Source: Minisyncoccota bacterium
GTDB taxonomy: Bacteria > Patescibacteriota > Minisyncoccia > Phycocordibacterales > UBA6065
Direction: 5' to 3'
Assembly: GCA_035714745.1 (NCBI GenBank)
Contig: DASTLR010000014.1
Coordinates: 30,861 to 94,860, forward strand
Length of the DNA stretch: 64,000 nucleotides
Translations under genes and position numbers: made by a program
In this document: positions 17,145 to 27,787 of the stretch, piece after piece
Position numbering within the stretch: position 1 is the stretch's first letter
Layout of the letters: each line of letters opens with the position of its first letter
Notes under the pieces: model-generated
What the model was told of the DNA's origin: nothing
The model's input: only the letters and a program-made list of their open reading frames with translations
Database searches by the model: none

Positions 17145-20100
17145 ATGATAACTAGGCAGCAGAAGTACTTCGGGCGCTTCAAGGAGGCGCTCGCGGATAT
17201 CCCGGATCTCGTCCAAGCGCAGACGGATTCGTTCAAGTGGCTCGTGGAGAAGGGCCTGGCCCAGATCTTCCAGGAGTTCTCGCCGATCAAGGACTATTCG
17301 GACAAGAAGTTCGAGCTCTCGTTCACGGGCTTCGAGCTCGCCGAGCCGAAATACGACGAGCATTATGCGAAGGAGAATAAGCTCTCCTTCGAGGCTCCCC
17401 TCAAGGTCCGCATCAAGCTCAAGAACAAGATGTTCAATTCGGAGAAGGAGCAGGAGATCTTCCTGGCCGACTTCCCGCTGATGACGTCCCACGGCACGTT
17501 CATCATCAACGGCATCGAGCGCGTCATCGTCCCCCAGCTCGCGCGCTCGTTCGGCGTCTTCTTCACCTCTGACGAGATCAAGGGCAAGACCGTATTCGGC
17601 GCCAAGGTCATCCCAGCCCGCGGCGTCTGGCTCGAGATCGAGACCGACACCGACGGCACCCTCTACGCCCGCATCGACCGCAAGCGAAAGTTCATGGTCA
17701 CGGCCCTCCTGCGCGTGCTCGGCGCCGACACCGACGAGAAGATCCTCTCGTACTTCAAGGGCGACGAGGTTGCCCAGAAGGTCGTGGCGGCATCCCTGGC
17801 CAAGGACACGGCTAAGACCGTCTCTGACGCATACATCGAGATCCACAAGCGCCTCCGCGACGGCGACCTGGCCACGGCGGACAACGCCAAGGAGTTCATC
17901 TCCGGCCTCTTCCACAAGGACCGCTACGACCTCTCGGACGTCGGGCGATTCCGCTTCAACAAGCGCTTTGGGAAGCCGATGGACGACAAGGCTCTGGAGC
18001 GCAAGACCATCGACGCGACTGACCTCGCTACCATCATCGGCAACATCATCCATCTGAACAACAAGCTGGACGCCGTCGAGGACGACATCGACCACCTGGG
18101 ATCGCGCCGCGTGCGCTACGTGGGCGAGCTCATGCAGCAGAAGCTCCGCGTCGGCCTCTCGCAGATGAAGAGGAACATCCAGGACAGGATGTCCACCATC
18201 GAGCCTGACACCACCCAACCCTTGACCTTCGTCTCGCCGCGACCGCTCCAGGCCCGCCTCAAGGAATTCTTCACCACCAACCAGCTCTCGCAGTTCATGC
18301 AGCAGGAGAATATCCTGACCGAGCTCGAGCATCTACGAACGCTCTCGGCCCTCGGCCCGGGCGGTCTTACTCGTGAAAGGGCTGGCTTCGAGGTCCGCGA
18401 CGTGCACCCATCGCACTACGGACGACTCTGCCCGATCCACACCCCTGAAGGTCCGAACATCGGACTCATCCTCCGTCTCTCTACGTACGCCCGTCTCAAC
18501 GATTTCGGCATGATCGAGACGCCGTACGCAAAGGTTAAGAACGGCAAGGTCACCAAGGAGATCGTCTATCTGAACGCCCTGGAGGAGGAGTCGCACCGCA
18601 TCGCCCACGCGGCCACTGCCTACGACAAGTCGGGGACCATCACCGAAGAGGTCGTCGAGGTCCGCTTTAACGGCTCGCCGTCGCTCTGCAAGCCGACCGA
18701 GGTCGACTTCATCGACGTCTCGACGAACCAGGCTTTCTCGATCGCCACGAACATGATCCCGTTCCTGAACCACGACGACGCTAACCGAGCGCTCATGGGT
18801 TCGAACATGCAGAAGCAGGCCACGCCGTGCATCATCCCCGAAGCCCCGCTCGTCGCCACCGGCATCGAAGCAAAGGCGGCTGAGTACACCGGCCGCATCG
18901 TTTTGGCCCCGGAGGACGGTACGATCAGCGCCGTAGACGCCAACAAGGTCGTCTTCAAGAACGCAAAGGGCAAGGAGACGACGTACAAGCTGGTCGCCTT
19001 CGAGAGGACGAACGGCTTTACCGCATACCACCAGCGACCAGTCGTCAGCCTGGGCGAAAAGGTCAAGAAGGGCCAGGTCCTCGTCGACGCCTCATCGTCC
19101 GACGGCGGTCAGATCGCCCTCGGCCAGAACATGCTCGTAGCCTTCATGTCGTGGTCGGGCGCCAACTACGAGGACGCCATCATCATCAGCGAGCGCGTCG
19201 TCAAGAACTCCAAATTCACCTCTATCCATATCGAGGAGTTCGTCGTGAACGTCCGCGACACCAAGCTCGGCCCGGAGGTCACCACCCACGACATCCCTAA
19301 CGTCGGCGAGGGCAAGCTCAGGAACCTGGACGAGGACGGCATCATCCGCATCGGCGCCGAGGTCCGCTCGGGCGACATCCTGGTGGGCAAGATCACTCCG
19401 AAGGGCGAGACCCAGCTCACGCCTGAGGAGCGCCTTCTCCGCTCGATCTTCGGCGAGAAAGCTCGCGACGTGAAGGACACCTCGAAGCGCATGGAAGGCG
19501 GCAAGCGCGGCCGCGTCATCTCGGTCAAGGTCTTTAGCCGCGAGAAGGGCGACAAGCTCGAGTCCGGCATCATCAAGCGCATCCACGTCGAGGTGGCGCA
19601 GCTCCGCACGGTCTCGGTGGGCGACAAGCTTGCTGGCCGCCACGGCAACAAGGGAGTCATCTCGCGCATCCTGCCGGAGGAGGATATGCCATACATGGCG
19701 GACGGCACCCCTGTGGACGTCATCCTCACCCCTCTCGGCGTCCCATCGCGCATGAACCTCGGCCAGATCCTCGAGCTCCACCTGGGCATGGCCGCTCACA
19801 CCCTGAACTACCAGGCCATCGTGCCGCCGTTCGCCGGCGCCACCTCGGCCGAGATCAAGGAGGAGCTCGTCAAGGCGGGCCTTCCCGAGAACGGCAAGGT
19901 GCCTCTCTATGACGGTCGTACCGGGGACAAGTTCCAGCAGGACATCTCCATCGGCTACATGTACATCCTGAAGCTCCACCACATGGTCGAGGACAAGATC
20001 CACATGCGCTCGATCGGTCCGTACTCGCTCATCACCCAGCAGCCTCTCGGAGGCAAGGCCCAGGGCGGAGGACAGCGCTTCGGAGAGATGGAAGTCTGGG

Positions 20101-20324
20101 CCCTCCTCGGACACGGAGTGGCTCACACCTTGCGCGAGATCCTGACCATCAAGTCCGACGACATCACCGGCCGCTCGGCAGCCTTCGACTCTATCGTCAA
20201 GGGCGAGAGGCTCCAGCCGCCGAACATCCCTGCTTCCTTCAACGTGCTGCTTAACAGCCTCAGGGGCCTCGCGCTCGACGTCGAACTGAGGAAAGAGGGC
20301 AAGGATATCAAGAAGGCCAAGTAG
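17145..20324 (+). CDS. rpoB: DNA-directed RNA polymerase subunit beta (1059 aa, compact)
   Basis: Similarity throughout, including FIINGIERVIV, GRHGNKGV, and the NMQRQAVP-like region. Confidence 0.95.
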   Translation: MITRQQKYFGRFKEALADIPDLVQAQTDSFKWLVEKGLAQIFQEFSPIKDYSDKKFELSFTGFELAEPKYDEHYAKENKLSFEAPLKVRIKLKNKMFNSEKEQEIFLADFPLMTSHGTFIINGIERVIVPQLARSFGVFFTSDEIKGKTVFGAKVIPARGVWLEIETDTDGTLYARIDRKRKFMVTALLRVLGADTDEKILSYFKGDEVAQKVVAASLAKDTAKTVSDAYIEIHKRLRDGDLATADNAKEFISGLFHKDRYDLSDVGRFRFNKRFGKPMDDKALERKTIDATDLATIIGNIIHLNNKLDAVEDDIDHLGSRRVRYVGELMQQKLRVGLSQMKRNIQDRMSTIEPDTTQPLTFVSPRPLQARLKEFFTTNQLSQFMQQENILTELEHLRTLSALGPGGLTRERAGFEVRDVHPSHYGRLCPIHTPEGPNIGLILRLSTYARLNDFGMIETPYAKVKNGKVTKEIVYLNALEEESHRIAHAATAYDKSGTITEEVVEVRFNGSPSLCKPTEVDFIDVSTNQAFSIATNMIPFLNHDDANRALMGSNMQKQATPCIIPEAPLVATGIEAKAAEYTGRIVLAPEDGTISAVDANKVVFKNAKGKETTYKLVAFERTNGFTAYHQRPVVSLGEKVKKGQVLVDASSSDGGQIALGQNMLVAFMSWSGANYEDAIIISERVVKNSKFTSIHIEEFVVNVRDTKLGPEVTTHDIPNVGEGKLRNLDEDGIIRIGAEVRSGDILVGKITPKGETQLTPEERLLRSIFGEKARDVKDTSKRMEGGKRGRVISVKVFSREKGDKLESGIIKRIHVEVAQLRTVSVGDKLAGRHGNKGVISRILPEEDMPYMADGTPVDVILTPLGVPSRMNLGQILELHLGMAAHTLNYQAIVPPFAGATSAEIKEELVKAGLPENGKVPLYDGRTGDKFQQDISIGYMYILKLHHMVEDKIHMRSIGPYSLITQQPLGGKAQGGGQRFGEMEVWALLGHGVAHTLREILTIKSDDITGRSAAFDSIVKGERLQPPNIPASFNVLLNSLRGLALDVELRKEGKDIKKAK

Positions 20325-20331
20325 ATTCTTG

Positions 20332-20356
20332 ATTCTAACTTCTACATTCTAACTTC
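20332..20356 (+). repeat. intercistronic motif ATTCTAACTTCTA(C)ATTCT, copy 1 (rpoB-rpoC junction)
   Basis: Pyrimidine-rich motif with an internal TCTAACTTC direct repeat, just upstream of the rpoC ATG. A second copy lies at 55189..55207 upstream of umuC. Confidence 0.5.
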
Positions 20357-20363
20357 AATTACC

Positions 20364-23300
20364 ATGGCATACACACCACGAAACAAGGCCTCGGACGTCA
20401 TCGACTTCGACGCGGTCGCCCTGCGCGTCGCCTCGCCTGAGCGCATCAAGGAATGGTCGTTCGGAGAGGTCACCAAGCCTGAGACCATCAACTACCGAAC
20501 CCAGCGATCCGAGAAGAACGGCCTCTTCGACGAGAAGATCTTCGGCCCGGACAAGGACTACGAATGCTACTGCGGAAAGTACCGCGGCATCCGCTACAAG
20601 GGAATCGTCTGCGAGAAGTGCGGGGTCGAGATCACCCGATCGATCGTCCGCCGCGAGCGCATGGGCCACATCGAGCTGGCCTCGCCGGTCTCGCACATCT
20701 GGTTCCTTCGCTCCATGCCGTCGCGCCTGGGCCTCATCCTCGGCATGACCACCGCCGACCTGGAGAAGGTCATCTACTTCGCCGGCTACATCGTCACCTC
20801 GGTGAACGAAGCCGCTCGCGCCGAGATCATGCGCGACCTGGAATCCGAGTACAAGGCAAAGGTGAAGGGCGCCACCGACGAGAAGACCAAGGAGGCCCTG
20901 AAATCCATGTATACGGCTGCCAAGAAGGAGATCGACGGCATCCAGGAGGGTACGGTCCTCGACGAGATCGAATATGGCAAGTACTCGATGAAGTACTCGA
21001 CCCTCTTCGAGGCGGGCATCGGAGCCGAGGCTATCTATAATATCTGTAAGGCCATCGACCTGAAAAAGCTCGAGGCCCGCGTCGCCGCCGACCTCCAGAA
21101 GGCCAATTCCCTTGAGAAGGACAAGATGAATCGCAGGCTCTCGGTCATTCGCTCGATGATCAAGTCGCAGATCCGCCCCGAGTGGATGTTCCTGACCCGC
21201 ATCCCGGTCATCCCGCCGGCCCTCCGACCGATGGTTCCATTGGACGGCGGCCGCTATGCCACCTCGGACGTCAACGACCTGTACCGACGCGTCATCAACC
21301 GAAACAATCGCCTGATGAAGCTCAAGGAGATCATGGCGCCTGACGTCATCCTGCGAAACGAGAAGCGCATCCTCCAGGAGGCCGTCGACGCCCTCATCGA
21401 CAACTCTATCCGACACGGCAACTCCACGACTGCCGCCGGCTCGCTCGCCTCGAAGCGCGCGCTCAAGTCCCTGGCCGACAACCTCAAGGGCAAGAGGGGA
21501 CTCCTGCGCGGCAACCTCCTGGGCAAGCGCGTCGACTACTCGGGACGATCCGTGATCGTCGTCGGCCCCGAGCTCGCCCTTGACCAGTGCGGACTGCCGA
21601 AGCACATGGCCCTCGAGCTCTTCAAGCCGTTCGTCATCCACGAGCTCCTCAGGCGCGAGCTGGCCTATAACATCCGCGGCGCCTCTCGACTGATCGAAGA
21701 CGGCATCCCCGAGGTCTGGGCCATCCTCGAAGAGGTCATCGACGGCAAGTACGTGCTCCTGAACCGAGCCCCTACGCTCCACCGCCTCGGCATCCAGGCC
21801 TTCCGACCTATCCTTATCGAGGGTAACGCTATCCAGGTCCACCCACTGGTCTGCTCGGCCTTCAACGCAGACTTCGACGGAGACCAGATGGCCGTCCACG
21901 TGCCACTCTCTCCAGAAGCCCAGAAAGAGGCAAAGGAGATCATGGCCTCGGACAAGAACATCCTCAAGCCTGGCTCGGGCGACCCGACGCTCACCAACAA
22001 GATGCTCGACATCATCCTGGGCGTCTATTGGATGACCAAGCTCGTCAAGGAAGACGGCGTGAACGAGAAGGGCGAGGGCAAGATCTTCGAATCCCCGAAC
22101 GCCGCGGTGCTCGCCTCTGACTTCGGCCAGGTATCCAAGCGCGTGGCCATCAAGGTCCTCGCTCCCGACCCTGCCAAGAATCCGAAGTATGCCGAGTACA
22201 AGGGCGGCGTCTTCGAGACGACCATCGGGCGCATCCTCTTTAACGAGGTCCTGCCCGAGGGCTATCCGTTCATCAACAAGGAGATGGACCGCAAGGCCAT
22301 GTCCGCCGTCATGGACGACCTCTTGGTCAAGTACGGCGTAGACCAGGTCCCCGCCATCCTCGACAGGATCAAGAAGTTCGGCTTCAAGTACACCACCTAC
22401 TCGGGCATCACCTGGGGACTGGACGACGTGCGCACGCCAAAGGGCAAGGACGCCGTCATCGCCAAGGCCAAGCAGGAGTCAGACATGGTCACCGAGCAGT
22501 TCAACGACGGCCTGCTCTCGGACGACGAGCGCCTGCGCAAGAACGTCGAGATCTGGCACAAGGCTAAATCCGACGTCGAGAAGCTCGTCCCTGAGGGCCT
22601 CGAGATGAACGTCCTGGACATGGTCAAGTCCGGAGCCCGAGGCTCCATCGGCCACATCACCCAGATGGCCGGCATGAAGGGACTGATCACCAACACGGCC
22701 GGAGAGACCATCGAGTTCCCGATCATCTCGGGCATGAAGGACGGCCTCACCCCGATCGAGTACTTCATCACCACCCACGGCGCCCGCAAGGGTCTGACCG
22801 ACACGGCCCTGAACACCGCTCGCGCCGGATATCTGACCCGCCGACTCTTCGACGTGGCCCAGGACGTCATGGTCACCGAGGAGGACTGCGGCACAAAGGA
22901 TTCCATCGTCATCAGGAAGGAGAGCGCCTCGGGCATCGAGGTCTCGATCGCCAAGAACATCCGCGGCCGCGTCTTGGCCGCTGACATCGCCGGCGCCGAC
23001 GGCAAGGTCCTCTTCAAGAAGGGCCACTTGCTCTCCAAGCAGGACGCCAACCTCATCGAGGGCTCTGGCGCCACGGAGATCAGGGTCCGCTCGCCGCTCG
23101 CCTGCAAGACCCTGCATGGCGTCTGCCAGCAGTGCTACGGCATCGACCTGGGCAAGAACCACCTCATCGACATCGGCGAGGCGGTAGGAACGGTGGCCGC
23201 TCAGGCCATCGGCGAGCCCGGAACCCAGCTGACCATGCGTACCTTCCACGCCGGAGGCACCGCCTCGGTCGGAGGAGACATCACCGCCGGCCTGCCGCGC

Positions 23301-24068
23301 GTCGAGGAAGTCTTCGAAAAGCGCAGGCCAAAGAACCCGGCGGTCATCGCCACGGTCTCGGGCACCGTCTCGTCGGTCAAGGACCTGGGCAAGGAGAAGG
23401 TCATCGCCGTCATCCCTGACCTGGAGGACAAGGGCAAGGCCAAGAAGGGCGCCGCCGAGATCGAATATACCTTCTCGTCCCGCCGCATGGCCCTGGTCAA
23501 GATGGGCGACAAGGTGACGAAGGGCCAATTCCTCACTGACGGCTCGGCCGACATCGACGAGGTCTTCGAGCTGGCCGGCAAGGAGCAGGCCATGGACTAC
23601 ATCATCCGCGAGATCGGCAAGATCTACGAGCTCCAGGGAGAGACCGTGTCCCGAAAGCACATCGAGATCATCGTCAAGCAGATGTTCTCCCGACGCCGCA
23701 TCGTCGACGCGGGCGAGACCCGGTTCTCCATCGACGACGTCACCGACGCCTACGACCTGGAGATCGAGAATTCCCGCGTAAAGGCAGAGGGCAAGGCTCC
23801 GGCGGTAGGCGAATCGGCGGTCATGGGCATCACCGAGGTATCGCTCTCGCGCCAGTCGTTCCTCTCGGCCGCATCCTTCCAGCACACCACCAGGATCTTC
23901 ATCTCGGCGGCCATCCGCGGCACCGAGGACAAGCTGACCGGCCTCAAGGAGAACGTCATCATCGGACGGCTGATCCCGGCAGGCACCGGCTACGCGGGCA
24001 GCAAGAAGAAGGCCATGATCGACGAGGTCACCGCGAGCCTGAAGGACAGCGCGGGATCGGAGTTGTAG
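20364..24068 (+). CDS. rpoC: DNA-directed RNA polymerase subunit beta'
   Basis: Zinc-binding CYCGKYRGIRYKGIVCEKCG, NADFDGDQMAVHVP catalytic motif, and full-length similarity. Confidence 0.95.
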   Translation: MAYTPRNKASDVIDFDAVALRVASPERIKEWSFGEVTKPETINYRTQRSEKNGLFDEKIFGPDKDYECYCGKYRGIRYKGIVCEKCGVEITRSIVRRERMGHIELASPVSHIWFLRSMPSRLGLILGMTTADLEKVIYFAGYIVTSVNEAARAEIMRDLESEYKAKVKGATDEKTKEALKSMYTAAKKEIDGIQEGTVLDEIEYGKYSMKYSTLFEAGIGAEAIYNICKAIDLKKLEARVAADLQKANSLEKDKMNRRLSVIRSMIKSQIRPEWMFLTRIPVIPPALRPMVPLDGGRYATSDVNDLYRRVINRNNRLMKLKEIMAPDVILRNEKRILQEAVDALIDNSIRHGNSTTAAGSLASKRALKSLADNLKGKRGLLRGNLLGKRVDYSGRSVIVVGPELALDQCGLPKHMALELFKPFVIHELLRRELAYNIRGASRLIEDGIPEVWAILEEVIDGKYVLLNRAPTLHRLGIQAFRPILIEGNAIQVHPLVCSAFNADFDGDQMAVHVPLSPEAQKEAKEIMASDKNILKPGSGDPTLTNKMLDIILGVYWMTKLVKEDGVNEKGEGKIFESPNAAVLASDFGQVSKRVAIKVLAPDPAKNPKYAEYKGGVFETTIGRILFNEVLPEGYPFINKEMDRKAMSAVMDDLLVKYGVDQVPAILDRIKKFGFKYTTYSGITWGLDDVRTPKGKDAVIAKAKQESDMVTEQFNDGLLSDDERLRKNVEIWHKAKSDVEKLVPEGLEMNVLDMVKSGARGSIGHITQMAGMKGLITNTAGETIEFPIISGMKDGLTPIEYFITTHGARKGLTDTALNTARAGYLTRRLFDVAQDVMVTEEDCGTKDSIVIRKESASGIEVSIAKNIRGRVLAADIAGADGKVLFKKGHLLSKQDANLIEGSGATEIRVRSPLACKTLHGVCQQCYGIDLGKNHLIDIGEAVGTVAAQAIGEPGTQLTMRTFHAGGTASVGGDITAGLPRVEEVFEKRRPKNPAVIATVSGTVSSVKDLGKEKVIAVIPDLEDKGKAKKGAAEIEYTFSSRRMALVKMGDKVTKGQFLTDGSADIDEVFELAGKEQAMDYIIREIGKIYELQGETVSRKHIEIIVKQMFSRRRIVDAGETRFSIDDVTDAYDLEIENSRVKAEGKAPAVGESAVMGITEVSLSRQSFLSAASFQHTTRIFISAAIRGTEDKLTGLKENVIIGRLIPAGTGYAGSKKKAMIDEVTASLKDSAGSEL

Positions 24069-24078
24069 AATCTACTCG

Positions 24079-25851
24079 ATGTCTACCCATGTTCAGGAGA
24101 TCAAAGAGAAACTGGACATCGCGACGGTCGTAGGCTCCTATATCAAGCTCGACAAGTCGGGAGCCAACTACAAGGCGCGCTGCCCCTTCCACAACGAGAA
24201 GACGCCGTCTTTCTACGTGTCTCCCGAGCGCGCCTCCTTCTACTGCTTCGGCTGCCAGGCAAAGGGCGACATCTTCACCTTCGTCGAGAAGTTCGAGGGC
24301 CTCGACTTCATGGGCGCCCTCAAGGTCCTGGCCGACAGGGCAGGGGTCAAGCTCGACCGCTCGAATGCCGGCAAAGACACCCGCCGCGAGCTCCTCTTCG
24401 ACATCATGGAGAGGGCAGCGCAGTTCTACGAGGAGGCGCTTAGGGCGGATGCTCGGGCCATGGAATACGTCCTGGGTCGCGGCCTCACGGCAAAGACCGT
24501 CGACGAGTTCCGCATAGGCTTCGCCCCGGCCGAATGGCGCGCTCTGCGCAATCACTTGAAGGCCAAGGGCTACCGCGACGAGGACGTGGCCGCTGTCGGT
24601 CTCATAAAAAGGACAGACAAGCCGGGCGGACCCGGCAACGACCCGTACTACGACGCCTTCCGCGGTCGGGTGACGTTCCCGATCGGCGACACCTCGGGAA
24701 GGATCATCGCCTTTACCGGCCGCACATTGGACGAGGATGCCAATCCGCCCAAATACCTGAACAGCCCCGAGACCGTGCTCTTTAGCAAGTCCAAGGCCCT
24801 CTACGGCCTGGACAAGGCCAAGAGCGATATCAGGAAGCGCGACTACTCGATCCTGGTGGAAGGGCAGATGGACCTGGTCATGTCGCACCAGGCGGGCTAT
24901 ACCAACACGGTGGCCGCCTCCGGCACGGCCTTCACCGAGGACGCCGGCATGGACTCGGCCTTCGGCCTCCTCACAAGGCTCTCGGACAATATCGTCCTGG
25001 CCTTCGACTCGGACTCAGCGGGCCAAAAGGCGGTCAGGCGCATCGTCCCGGCCATCTCGCTCGGCATGAACGTCAAGATCGTCGACATCAAGGGCGGCAA
25101 GGACCCTGCCGACATCATCAAGGCCGACCCAAAGGACTGGGCCAAGGCCCTGGAGTCAAAGAAGGACTTCGTCGAGTATCTGGTGGACGCTCTGGTGGAT
25201 TCGAAGGCCAAGCCCGCCGATGTTGCCAAGCAGGTCAAGCAAGACATCTTCCCGTACTTGCGGGCTATCCCTGACGACACGCCGCGCTTCCAGGCCATAA
25301 AGAAGGTGGCCGACCGCCTGGCGATCAGCGAGGACGCGCTCTGGAGGGACCTGCAGGAATATGTGAGGGTGCAGAAGATACAGGGGGCACAAGGAACATC
25401 GGAGACACAGGGATCACAGGGGACACAGAGAATACCAGAGAAGAGGAAGGTGGATAGGCTGGAGTCGATCGAGAGGAAGGTGTTGGGACTGCTCTATTCG
25501 GCCGACTATTTCAAGGGAGACGAGGGGAAGAGGGAGGAACTGAAGAAAGTCGTCGGGGAAGAGCGGTCCAGGGCGTTCGAAGCGCTCTCGGCGGACGATA
25601 TCGGCGAGCTGACCTTGGAGGCCGAGATCACCTACGGAGACGGTCTGGATGCGGCAAAGGAGTGGAAGGTCCTTATCCTCGGGCTGGAAGAGGAATACGC
25701 CAAGGCCAGGCTGGCGTCGGCCATGTCCGAGCTCCACAAAGCGGAAAAGGCGAACGCCTCCACGGCCCAGGTTATGGCAGAGATCAACGCCCTGTCAAAG
25801 AGGATCCACGAGATAAAGAGGGAGGCGGAGAAGATGCAAAGTTTGATATAA
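24079..25851 (+). CDS. dnaG: DNA primase
   Basis: Zinc finger [30 protein letters not shown]; TOPRIM (EGQMDLV...DSDSAGQKA). Low-complexity Q/G linker before the C-terminal domain. Confidence 0.9.
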   Translation: MSTHVQEIKEKLDIATVVGSYIKLDKSGANYKARCPFHNEKTPSFYVSPERASFYCFGCQAKGDIFTFVEKFEGLDFMGALKVLADRAGVKLDRSNAGKDTRRELLFDIMERAAQFYEEALRADARAMEYVLGRGLTAKTVDEFRIGFAPAEWRALRNHLKAKGYRDEDVAAVGLIKRTDKPGGPGNDPYYDAFRGRVTFPIGDTSGRIIAFTGRTLDEDANPPKYLNSPETVLFSKSKALYGLDKAKSDIRKRDYSILVEGQMDLVMSHQAGYTNTVAASGTAFTEDAGMDSAFGLLTRLSDNIVLAFDSDSAGQKAVRRIVPAISLGMNVKIVDIKGGKDPADIIKADPKDWAKALESKKDFVEYLVDALVDSKAKPADVAKQVKQDIFPYLRAIPDDTPRFQAIKKVADRLAISEDALWRDLQEYVRVQKIQGAQGTSETQGSQGTQRIPEKRKVDRLESIERKVLGLLYSADYFKGDEGKREELKKVVGEERSRAFEALSADDIGELTLEAEITYGDGLDAAKEWKVLILGLEEEYAKARLASAMSELHKAEKANASTAQVMAEINALSKRIHEIKREAEKMQSLI

Positions 25852-25871
25852 TCCAAAGCACGCGAAACCAT

Positions 25872-27065
25872 ATGGCACACAAGCAGAAAAAGCCCGGAAT
25901 AAAGGCCTCAAAGAAGGCGCCGAACAAGGCGCCAAAGAAGGCCAAGGCAAAGCTCGGCCCAAAGGCCCAAAAGGCCAAGGAAAAAGCCCGCGAGTCCCTG
26001 CGCAAGGCTGACCGCCTGGTGGTAAAGGGCAAGGAGCGCGGCTTCATCACCTACGACGAGATCCTCAAGGAATTCCCGACCATCGAGGACGACATCATGT
26101 TCCTGGACGACCTCTACAAGAAGCTCTCGGCCGCGGGCGTCGACGTCCTGGAGTCGGGTGGCATGCTCGACCTGGAGCCTCAGCAGAAGGACGCGGGCAA
26201 GAAATATACCTTCGGCCGCTCGTCCGAGTCCTCGTACGACTCTATCCAGATGTACTTGAAGGAGATCGGCCAGTATCCGTTGGTCTCGGCCGCCATGGAA
26301 AAGGAGCTGGCTAAGCGCATCGAGTCCGGCGACGAGGAGGCCAAGGGCCTCCTGGCCAAGGCAAATCTCCGTCTGGTGGTCTCGATCGCCAAGAAATACG
26401 TCGGCCGCAGCGCCGACCTGACCCTCCTCGACCTCATCCAGGAGGGCAACCTGGGCCTCTTCAAGGCCGTCGACAAGTTCGACTGGACCAAGGGCTACAA
26501 GTTCTCGACCTACGCCACCTGGTGGATCCGCCAGGCTATCACCCGCGCCTTGGCCGACCAGTCTCGCACCATCCGCGTGCCGGTCCACATGGTCGAGACC
26601 ATCGCCAAGTACAAGCAGGTCGTCCGCAGGCTCTCGCAGGACCTGGGCCGCGACCCCCTGCCCGACGAGATCGCGACCGAGATGGGTTTGGAGGTAGAGA
26701 AGGTCTATCAGATCGAGAAGATCGACCAGGATACCGTGTCCCTGGAATCGCCCGTAGGCGACGACGGCGATGACGGCAAGTCGACCCTGGGGGATTTCCT
26801 CTCGGACGACAAGATCCTCTCGCCCGACCAGGAGTCCTCGCGCCGCATCCTGGCCGACCAGGTCAAGAACATCCTGGGAGACCTCTCGCCAAAGGAGCGC
26901 AAGATCCTGGAGATGCGCCATGGCCTGAACGACGGCATTACCCACACGCTTGAGGAGGTGGGCCGCGAGTTCGGCGTCACCCGCGAGCGCATCCGTCAGA
27001 TCGAAGCCAAGGCCCACGAGAAGATTCGCCAGCACGAGAGGATAAACCAGCTGAAGAACTATTAG
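25872..27065 (+). CDS. rpoD: RNA polymerase primary sigma factor (sigma-70)
   Basis: Regions 2-4 present: [54 protein letters not shown] at 25872 within ORF 25662..27065. K-rich N-terminus. Confidence 0.9.
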   Translation: MAHKQKKPGIKASKKAPNKAPKKAKAKLGPKAQKAKEKARESLRKADRLVVKGKERGFITYDEILKEFPTIEDDIMFLDDLYKKLSAAGVDVLESGGMLDLEPQQKDAGKKYTFGRSSESSYDSIQMYLKEIGQYPLVSAAMEKELAKRIESGDEEAKGLLAKANLRLVVSIAKKYVGRSADLTLLDLIQEGNLGLFKAVDKFDWTKGYKFSTYATWWIRQAITRALADQSRTIRVPVHMVETIAKYKQVVRRLSQDLGRDPLPDEIATEMGLEVEKVYQIEKIDQDTVSLESPVGDDGDDGKSTLGDFLSDDKILSPDQESSRRILADQVKNILGDLSPKERKILEMRHGLNDGITHTLEEVGREFGVTRERIRQIEAKAHEKIRQHERINQLKNY

Positions 27066-27069
27066 GGGA

Positions 27070-27109
27070 GGAGGTCCAAGACTAAGAATATAAAGCCTTA
27101 AGACTAAGG
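27070..27109 (+). repeat. conserved 3'-UTR motif, copy 2
   Basis: GGAGGTCCAAGACTAAGAATATAAAGCCTTAAGACTAAGG between the rpoD stop and the terminator hairpin. Paralogous to 11304..11343. Confidence 0.6.
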
Positions 27110-27121
27110 GCATGAAAAAGT

Positions 27122-27147
27122 CGCGGTACGTGGGGTACCGCGGCTTT
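27122..27147. terminator. bidirectional terminator (rpoD and minus-strand membrane gene)
   Basis: CGCGGTAC-GTGGG-GTACCGCG perfect 8-bp hairpin; T5 on the minus strand, TTT on the plus strand. Confidence 0.6.
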
Positions 27148-27165
27148 GCGTGGGTCGGCGCCGTT

Positions 27166-27666
27166 TCAGCGCTCGCTGGCGATGATAGAGGGACCTTGCG
27201 GAGTAGCGGGGCTTTTCTCGCCCGCGCCGTTCTTGCTCTTTGCGAAGGGGTATACCAGAAAGGGTATTCCCGCGCATCCGACGACGAATGTTATCCTTTG
27301 CAGCGCGGCGTCATGGAGGCCCGCCTTGAACGCGACAAAGGCCATTGCGAGCGAGGTCGCGACCATGCCCGCGCCGATGAGGCGCATGACTTTCGTGCCG
27401 TGCCGAACGCATGCCTGCGAGACGGCGCCCTCGAACAGCGAGTCGACGACCAGGAACAGGAAACAGGCGATATATCCCGCGACGAGCATCGCGTGGGCGA
27501 CGCCCTCTGCTTCGACCGCCAGGCCGGCGATCAGGGCGACGGCCGCGGCACATATCGCCTCGTGGCGCCGAGACCCGTTCTGCCCAGAAATCCAGAAGTG
27601 CGCCGCGAGCAGGAGAAAGAGGGCCGTGACAAGGACCTCGAGTATGAAGCCAGGTGTGATGATCAT
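27166..27666 (-). CDS. hypothetical integral membrane protein
   Basis: 166 aa with about 5 hydrophobic helices. TTGACA-16-TAATTT promoter and GAAGG Shine-Dalgarno on the minus strand. Opposite-strand ORFs look like high-GC shadows. Confidence 0.5.
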   Translation of the reverse strand: MIITPGFILEVLVTALFLLLAAHFWISGQNGSRRHEAICAAAVALIAGLAVEAEGVAHAMLVAGYIACFLFLVVDSLFEGAVSQACVRHGTKVMRLIGAGMVATSLAMAFVAFKAGLHDAALQRITFVVGCAGIPFLVYPFAKSKNGAGEKSPATPQGPSIIASER

Positions 27667-27734
27667 GTTGTTTTAGGGACCTGCCTTCAAATTACGCTTT
27701 TTGGACGTTTTGTCAATTTTCAGCTATCGTAAAA

Positions 27735-27761
27735 GAACACCGGGGCTCGAGCCCGGTGTTC
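27735..27761 (-). terminator. FKBP gene terminator
   Basis: GAACACCGGG-gctcgag-CCCGGTGTTC perfect 10-bp hairpin followed on the minus strand by CTTTT. Confidence 0.6.
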
Positions 27762-27787
27762 TTCGCAGTCTTTGCGCTCTGCGTCTC

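Noticed and set aside
27112-27732. Plus-strand ORFs (206 aa and 176 aa) between rpoD and the FKBP gene.
   Set aside because: Pro/Arg/Ala-rich, no start context. The minus-strand ORF 27166..27666 has clear TM helices, a TTGACA-16-TAATTT promoter and a terminator, so the locus is assigned to it.
27735-27761. GAACACCGGGGCTCGAGCCCGGTGTTC considered as a LexA (GAAC...GTTC) operator.
   Set aside because: Spacing between GAAC and GTTC is 19 nt, not 4. The perfect 10-bp hairpin followed by a T-run on the minus strand fits an intrinsic terminator for the FKBP gene.
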